Positions 16,834 to 25,800 of a stretch of DNA of 32,000 nt are shown here, piece by piece. Source of the DNA: Candidatus Saccharimonadota bacterium. GTDB lineage: Bacteria; Patescibacteriota; Gracilibacteria; UBA4473. How positions within the stretch are numbered: the stretch's first letter is position 1; every line of letters begins with the position of its first letter. The translations under genes and the position numbers were made by a program. Where the stretch lies: NCBI GenBank assembly GCA_965228485.1, contig OZ245819.1:1170001-1202000 (forward strand), read 5' to 3'. A model generated the notes under the pieces. The model was not told where the DNA came from and ran no database searches. It saw only the letters and a program-made list of their open reading frames with translations.

Positions 16834-19800
16834 ATGAATCAAAAATTCCCTCATCGGTTGTTGGTTTCACTGTGTGTCGTATCTTTCGTATTTTTTAATA
16901 ACGCCTCCCTTGCTCTGGCTGCCCCTGGGGGAGTGCAGACTGATCTGGGGTTGTGGCTCAAGGCTAATGCCGGCGTCTTCTCTGATGCGGGGACAACCGC
17001 CGCCATCGATGGAGTGGGTATTCAGGAGTGGCAGGATCAATCCAGTGCCGGTATTGACGCAACAGAAGCAACCAATAGTAATCAGAGACCGACTTTTCAG
17101 AGCGATGCAGCTAACCTGGTAAATTTTAATCCCTCCGTTCTCTTTGATGGGTCAAATGACAGATTTTTGCTGGATAGCAATAGTATAGCCCTGGGAAACA
17201 CGAGCTATTCGTTTCGCGCGGTCAGTACGGTAGGAACCAATAGCAATGGAAACGCCATTCTCGGTAGCGCCGGTACCGGTACTCGAAAAAGTACATTATT
17301 AGAGCTTAACGCGGGGAGTCCTCCGCAGGTGTTTTCTTTCTGGCAGGCTACTAATTTGAGCGCGGATGCCACCAATGTTGACAACGATGATATTGTGATT
17401 GTAGGAGATAATTATGACAATACGGTCGGGCGAACGGTTTTTTCCAATGGTCTGCAAATAGGCTCAAACGCAAATACTAGTCATAGTGCGACAGATGGGC
17501 TCATAAAAGTAGGAGAGTTTTCTACTACTGGGAGTACCGCTGACCGGTTTACTGGGCGAATGATGGAAGTTATCGCGTATTCGAATACTAAAAGTTCAAC
17601 CGAACTTAATAGGATAGATGCTTATCTGGCGCTCAAATACGGAATCACTCTTGATCAAGCGGTCGCCACCGCCTACTTAGCCAGTGATGGTAGTACCAAG
17701 ATGTGGGACGAGACGGTCAATGCTACCTATAACAACGATATCTTTGGTATTGGGCGTGATGACGGATCGAACCTAGATCAAAGGGTATCAAAATCTCTAA
17801 ATGATGATGCCATCCTGACGGTAGCATTAGATAATGACTTTACCAGTGCCAATAATGACGCCAGTCGTACTACAGCCTTTGGTAGTGATTTAAGTTTTCT
17901 GATGTTTGCCAACAATAATGGGGCGGCCACCTTTGCGATAGCCGGTACTAACCAAGTACTTGACCGCGTGTGGCAAGTTCAAGAAGAAGGGACGGTAGGC
18001 TCCGTGCAACTACAGTTTGACATGGATGACGCGGACTTTGACATAGCAACGCTAGACAGATACGAGCTACTGGTTGATACCGATAACGATGCAGACTTTA
18101 GTGACGAAACCCCTGTCAGCATGACTAATACTACGGGAAGTCTCTGGAGCACTTCCTTTGATTTCACTGATGGACAGCTGTTCACGGTAGCCCTTGGAAA
18201 CGCCGCTCCAACTGACATCGCCCTTGATGGAGGTAACAGCGATACGATTATTGAAAATACCGTGGCCAACACGGATATTGGTACGCTCACCACAACAGAC
18301 TCTGATGTTGCAGACACCCATGCTTACAGTTTGGCCTGTAGTGTGGCTGGGGCTGACGACAGCCATTTCGCCATTGTTGGAGATAAACTGCAAAATACGA
18401 CTGTCTTTGATTATGAAACGCCCGTAGACGCTAACACGGACAATAGCTATGAAGTCTGTGTTCGTGTCACTGATTCAGGAGTGGGCAATGCGACCTATGA
18501 TGAAATTCTGACGGTGGCGGTTCAGGATATTGTCGACGAAACGCCACCCGTGATCAGTGAAACCACTCCGGTCGATACCCCTACGAATGATAGCACCCCA
18601 AGCTACACTTTCACTACCGACGAAGCCGGGACTATCACCTATGGAGGTAGCTGTAGTAGTGCCACTACGGCGGCCGTATTCGGACCAAACACCGTTGACT
18701 TTAATACCTTAGCGGAAGGCCCCTACACCGATTGTACAATCACGGTTACTGATGCCGCTAGTAATGTGTCTAATCAAATTACCGTTAGTAGCTTTACGAT
18801 TGATACAACGGCGCCAACGACGACCCCACCAAGTCCAGGAGTAACGACGCCGAGCTCAGGACCGGTGAATGCAATTGTGACCATTCCTGCTGGTAGTTGT
18901 GGAGCGGATTACGCGAACGGAACGGCGATATGGAATACGAATCCAGCGGGACAAATTAATCCTCACCCAACGACGGTGAGTTTGGATGCGAGTGGAGACT
19001 ACCCACAAACGGTACTGGATACTTCTGGTTCTACTGGGACCTTTGATCTCACCTTAACTTGTACAGACCAAGCCGGAAACCCAGGGCCGACGTTAGATCC
19101 AGCGGTGGGGGGCTTTACGGCGGACCATGTGGCGCCAGTAATAGGGATAGATTCGCCGCTGATGGGAGATGATATTTTTAATGCGACAGAAGCCGGAACG
19201 GTGACGATAAGTGGTTCCACTGATGCAGAAAACGGTCAAACCGTTTCCGTTTCCGTCGGCACCGTTAGTGGCAACACGACTGCCTCTTCTGGAACCTGGT
19301 CACTCGTCTTAGACCTCTCTGGCGAAGCCAACGGGTCTTTGGCCATAACCGCAGACGTCAGCGACATCGCTGGTAATGCGGCTACACAAGCAACGGCTTC
19401 TATTACTAAAGATGCGGCCACTCCTACTACAACACCACCTACTCCTGGAGTAACAACGCCTACGGCAGGGCCGGTGGGTGCCACGGTGACGATACCGGCG
19501 GGAAGTTGTGGAGCGGATTACGCGAACGGAACGGCGATATGGAATACGAATCCAGCGGGACAAATTAATCCTCACCCAACGACGGTGAGTTTGGATGCGA
19601 GTGGAGACTACCCACAAACGGTACTGGATACTTCTGGTTCTACTGGGACCTTTGATCTCACCTTAACTTGTACAGACCAAGCCGGAAACCCAGGGCCGAC
19701 GTTAGATCCAGCGGTGGGGGGCTTTACGGCGGACCATGTGGCGCCAGTAATAGGGATAGATTCGCCGCTGATGGGAGATGATATTTTTAATGCGACAGAA

Positions 19801-22800
19801 GCCGGAACGGTGACGATAAGTGGTTCCACTGATGCAGAAAACGGTCAAACCGTTTCCGTTTCCGTCGGCACCGTTAGTGGCAACACGACTGCCTCTTCTG
19901 GAACCTGGTCACTCGTCTTAGACCTCTCTGGCGAAGCCAACGGGTCTTTGGCCATAACCGCAGACGTCAGCGACATCGCTGGTAATGCGGCTACACAAGC
20001 AACGGCTTCTATTACTAAAGATGCGGCCACTCCTACTACAACACCACCTACTCCTGGAGTAACAACGCCTACGGCAGGGCCGGTGGGTGCCACGGTGACG
20101 ATACCGGCGGGAAGTTGTGGAGCGGATTACGCGAACGGAACGGCGATATGGAATACGAATCCAGCGGGACAAATTAATCCTCACCCAACGACGGTGAGTT
20201 TGGATGCGAGTGGAGACTACCCACAAACGGTACTGGATACTTCTGGTTCTACTGGGACCTTTGATCTCACCTTAACTTGTACAGACCAAGCCGGAAACCC
20301 AGGGCCGACGTTAGATCCAGCGGTGGGGGGCTTTACGGCGGACCATGTGGCGCCAGTAATAGGGATAGATTCGCCGCTGATGGGAGATGATATTTTTAAT
20401 GCGACAGAAGCCGGAACGGTGACGATAAGTGGTTCCACTGATGCAGAAAACGGTCAAACCGTTTCCGTTTCCGTCGGCACCGTTAGTGGCAACACGACTG
20501 CCTCTTCTGGAACCTGGTCACTCGTCTTAGACCTCTCTGGCGAAGCCAACGGGTCTTTGGCCATAACCGCAGACGTCAGCGACATCGCTGGTAATGCGGC
20601 TACACAAGCAACGGCTTCTATTACTAAAGATGCGGCCACTCCTACTACAACACCACCTACTCCTGGAGTAACAACGCCTACGGCAGGGCCGGTGGGTGCC
20701 ACGGTGACGATACCGGCGGGAAGTTGTGGAGCGGATTACGCGAACGGAACGGCGATATGGAATACGAATCCAGCGGGACAAATTAATCCTCACCCAACGA
20801 CGGTGAGTTTGGATGCGAGTGGAGACTACCCACAAACGGTACTGGATACTTCTGGTTCTACTGGGACCTTTGATCTCACCTTAACTTGTACAGACCAAGC
20901 CGGAAACCCAGGGCCGACGTTAGATCCAGCGGTGGGGGGCTTTACGGCGGACCATGTGGCGCCAGTAATAGGGATAGATTCGCCGCTGATGGGAGATGAT
21001 ATTTTTAATGCGACAGAAGCCGGAACGGTGACGATAAGTGGTTCCACTGATGCAGAAAACGGTCAAACCGTTTCCGTTTCCGTCGGCACCGTTAGTGGCA
21101 ACACGACTGCCTCTTCTGGAACCTGGTCACTCGTCTTAGACCTCTCTGGCGAAGCCAACGGGTCTTTGGCCATAACCGCAGACGTCAGCGACATCGCTGG
21201 TAATGCGGCTACACAAGCAACGGCTTCTATTACTAAAGATGCGGCCACTCCTACTACAACACCACCTACTCCTGGAGTAACAACGCCTACGGCAGGGCCG
21301 GTGGGTGCCACGGTGACGATACCGGCGGGAAGTTGTGGAGCGGATTACGCGAACGGAACGGCGATATGGAATACGAATCCAGCGGGACAAATTAATCCTC
21401 ACCCAACGACGGTGAGTTTGGATGCGAGTGGAGACTACCCACAAACGGTACTGGATACTTCTGGTTCTACTGGGACCTTTGATCTCACCTTAACTTGTAC
21501 AGACCAAGCCGGAAACCCAGGGCCGACGTTAGATCCAGCGGTGGGGGGCTTTACGGCGGACCATGTGGCGCCAGTAATAGGGATAGATTCGCCGCTGATG
21601 GGAGATGATATTTTTAATGCGACAGAAGCCGGAACGGTGACGATAAGTGGTTCCACTGATGCAGAAAACGGTCAAACCGTTTCCGTTTCCGTCGGCACCG
21701 TTAGTGGCAACACGACTGCCTCTTCTGGAACCTGGTCACTCGTCTTAGACCTCTCTGGCGAAGCCAACGGGTCTTTGGCCATAACCGCAGACGTCAGCGA
21801 CATCGCTGGTAATGCGGCTACACAAGCAACGGCTTCTATTACTAAAGATGCGGCCACTCCTACTACAACACCACCTACTCCTGGAGTAACAACGCCTACG
21901 GCAGGGCCGGTGGGTGCCACGGTGACGATACCGGCGGGAAGTTGTGGAGCGGATTACGCGAACGGAACGGCGATATGGAATACGAATCCAGCGGGACAAA
22001 TTAATCCTCACCCAACGACGGTGAGTTTGGATGCGAGTGGAGACTACCCACAAACGGTACTGGATACTTCTGGTTCTACTGGGACCTTTGATCTCACCTT
22101 AACTTGTACAGACCAAGCCGGAAACCCAGGGCCGACGTTAGATCCAGCGGTGGGGGGCTTTACGGCGGACCATGTGGCGCCAGTAATAGGGATAGATTCG
22201 CCGCTGATGGGAGATGATATTTTTAATGCGACAGAAGCCGGAACGGTGACGATAAGTGGTTCCACTGATGCAGAAAACGGTCAAACCGTTTCCGTTTCCG
22301 TCGGCACCGTTAGTGGCAACACGACTGCCTCTTCTGGAACCTGGTCACTCGTCTTAGACCTCTCTGGCGAAGCCAACGGGTCTTTGGCCATAACCGCAGA
22401 CGTCAGCGACATCGCTGGTAATGCGGCTACACAAGCAACGGCTTCTATTACTAAAGATGCGGCCACTCCTACTACAACACCACCTACTCCTGGAGTAACA
22501 ACGCCTACGGCAGGGCCGGTGGGTGCCACGGTGACGATACCGGCGGGAAGTTGTGGAGCGGATTACGCGAACGGAACGGCGATATGGAATACGAATCCAG
22601 CGGGACAAATTAATCCTCACCCAACGACGGTGAGTTTGGATGCGAGTGGAGACTACCCACAAACGGTACTGGATACTTCTGGTTCTACTGGGACCTTTGA
22701 TCTCACCTTAACTTGTACAGACCAAGCCGGAAACCCAGGGCCGACGTTAGATCCAGCGGTGGGGGGCTTTACGGCGGACCATGTGGCGCCAGTAATAGGG

Positions 22801-25800
22801 ATAGATTCGCCGCTGATGGGAGATGATATTTTTAATGCGACAGAAGCCGGAACGGTGACGATAAGTGGTTCCACTGATGCAGAAAACGGTCAAACCGTTT
22901 CCGTTTCCGTCGGCACCGTTAGTGGCAACACGACTGCCTCTTCTGGAACCTGGTCACTCGTCTTAGACCTCTCTGGCGAAGCCAACGGGTCTTTGGCCAT
23001 AACCGCAGACGTCAGCGACATCGCTGGTAATGCGGCTACACAAGCAACGGCTTCTATTACTAAAGATGCGGCCACTCCTACTACAACACCACCTACTCCT
23101 GGAGTAACAACGCCTACGGCAGGGCCGGTGGGTGCCACGGTGACGATACCGGCGGGAAGTTGTGGAGCGGATTACGCGAACGGAACGGCGATATGGAATA
23201 CGAATCCAGCGGGACAAATTAATCCTCACCCAACGACGGTGAGTTTGGATGCGAGTGGAGACTACCCACAAACGGTACTGGATACTTCTGGTTCTACTGG
23301 GACCTTTGATCTCACCTTAACTTGTACAGACCAAGCCGGAAACCCAGGGCCGACGTTAGATCCAGCGGTGGGGGGCTTTACGGCGGACCATGTGGCGCCA
23401 GTAATAGGGATAGATTCGCCGCTGATGGGAGATGATATTTTTAATGCGACAGAAGCCGGAACGGTGACGATAAGTGGTTCCACTGATGCAGAAAACGGTC
23501 AAACCGTTTCCGTTTCCGTCGGCACCGTTAGTGGCAACACGACTGCCTCTTCTGGAACCTGGTCACTCGTCTTAGACCTCTCTGGCGAAGCCAACGGGTC
23601 TTTGGCCATAACCGCAGACGTCAGCGACATCGCTGGTAATGCGGCTACACAAGCAACGGCTTCTATTACTAAAGATGCGGCCACTCCTACTACAACACCA
23701 CCTACTCCTGGAGTAACAACGCCTACGGCAGGGCCGGTGGGTGCCACGGTGACGATACCGGCGGGAAGTTGTGGAGCGGATTACGCGAACGGAACGGCGA
23801 TATGGAATACGAATCCAGCGGGACAAATTAATCCTCACCCAACGACGGTGAGTTTGGATGCGAGTGGAGACTACCCACAAACGGTACTGGATACTTCTGG
23901 TTCTACTGGGACCTTTGATCTCACCTTAACTTGTACAGACCAAGCCGGAAACCCAGGGCCGACGTTAGATCCAGCGGTGGGGGGCTTTACGGCGGACCAT
24001 GTGGCGCCAGTAATAGGGATAGATTCGCCGCTGATGGGAGATGATATTTTTAATGCGACAGAAGCCGGAACGGTGACGATAAGTGGTTCCACTGATGCAG
24101 AAAACGGTCAAACCGTTTCCGTTTCCGTCGGCACCGTTAGTGGCAACACGACTGCCTCTTCTGGAACCTGGTCACTCGTCTTAGACCTCTCTGGCGAAGC
24201 CAACGGGTCTTTGGCCATAACCGCAGACGTCAGCGACATCGCTGGTAATGCGGCTACACAAGCAACGGCTTCTATTACTAAAGATGCGGCCACTCCTACT
24301 ACAACACCACCTACTCCTGGAGTAACAACGCCTACGGCAGGGCCGGTGGGTGCCACGGTGACGATACCGGCGGGAAGTTGTGGAGCGGATTACGCGAACG
24401 GAACGGCGATATGGAATACGAATCCAGCGGGACAAATTAATCCTCACCCAACGACGGTGAGTTTGGATGCGAGTGGAGACTACCCACAAACGGTACTGGA
24501 TACTTCTGGTTCTACTGGGACCTTTGATCTCACCTTAACTTGTACAGACCAAGCCGGAAACCCAGGGCCGACGTTAGATCCAGCGGTGGGGGGCTTTACG
24601 GCGGACCATGTGGCGCCAGTAATAGGGATAGATTCGCCGCTGATGGGAGATGATATTTTTAATGCGACAGAAGCCGGAACGGTGACGATAAGTGGTTCCA
24701 CTGATGCAGAAAACGGTCAAACCGTTTCCGTTTCCGTCGGCACCGTTAGTGGCAACACGACTGCCTCTTCTGGAACCTGGTCACTCGTCTTAGACCTCTC
24801 TGGCGAAGCCAACGGGTCTTTGGCCATAACCGCAGACGTCAGCGACATCGCTGGTAATGCGGCTACACAAGCAACGGCTTCTATTACTAAAGATGCGGCC
24901 ACTCCTACTACAACACCACCTACTCCTGGAGTAACAACGCCTACGGCAGGGCCGGTGGGTGCCACGGTGACGATACCGGCGGGAAGTTGTGGAGCGGATT
25001 ACGCGAACGGAACGGCGATATGGAATACGAATCCAGCGGGACAAATTAATCCTCACCCAACGACGGTGAGTTTGGATGCGAGTGGAGACTACCCACAAAC
25101 GGTACTGGATACTTCTGGTTCTACTGGGACCTTTGATCTCACCTTAACTTGTACAGACCAAGCCGGAAACCCAGGGCCGACGTTAGATCCAGCGGTGGGG
25201 GGCTTTACGGCGGACTTAAGCAAACCGACTCCCCCAGTAGTGTATCCTATCACTACGACTACGGACCCGATCACGGGAACCAGCGAACCAGGTTCGATTA
25301 TTACGGTTTCGCCGCTAACTTGTGATAACACTCCCGTAGTGACTGATACTTCAGGGAATTGGAGTTGTGATGTGACGACTTCTTCTCCACTCACTGCTTT
25401 AACAACGATAGATGTGACCGCCACTGATTCAGCCGGGAATGTCAGTGATCCAACAATGACCACTGTAGTTGACCACACTACAACGACCGTACCACCAACC
25501 GTCGACCCTACTGATGGAGACCCCGTAACCGGTACCGGAGAACCGGGGGCCCTGATTACCGTTAAAGACAACTTGGGAAATATTCTCTGTCAAACATCCG
25601 TTTTCCCAAACGGCACTTTCATCTGTAGTCCGGTCAGTCCAGCTCCAAGTCCTGGAGATACCCTTGAGGTGACTCAAAATATAGCTCCGAACGGCGAATC
25701 AGCGCCAACAGAATTGATGGTTATCGATCCAACAGCGGTTGTGTTACCGCCTACCATCAGTCCAACCGACGGAGATGTAATAACCGGAACGGCAGAGCCA

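Noticed and set aside
18895-25215. A regular repeat array that might be taken for a CRISPR or satellite locus.
   Set aside because: The 609-bp period has no unique spacers and is fully in frame within a protein-coding ORF that encodes Ig-like modules. No cas genes are present.
18999-25571. A ladder of minus-strand ORFs (73, 82 and 102 aa, then 160 aa) recurring every 609 bp.
   Set aside because: They are antisense shadows of the giant plus-strand ORF. Their periodicity simply mirrors the tandem repeat. They are Arg/Pro/Val-rich with no start context or family resemblance. The same applies to 25429..25677, 25674..26135, 26287..26769, 26609..26806 and 27082..27270.
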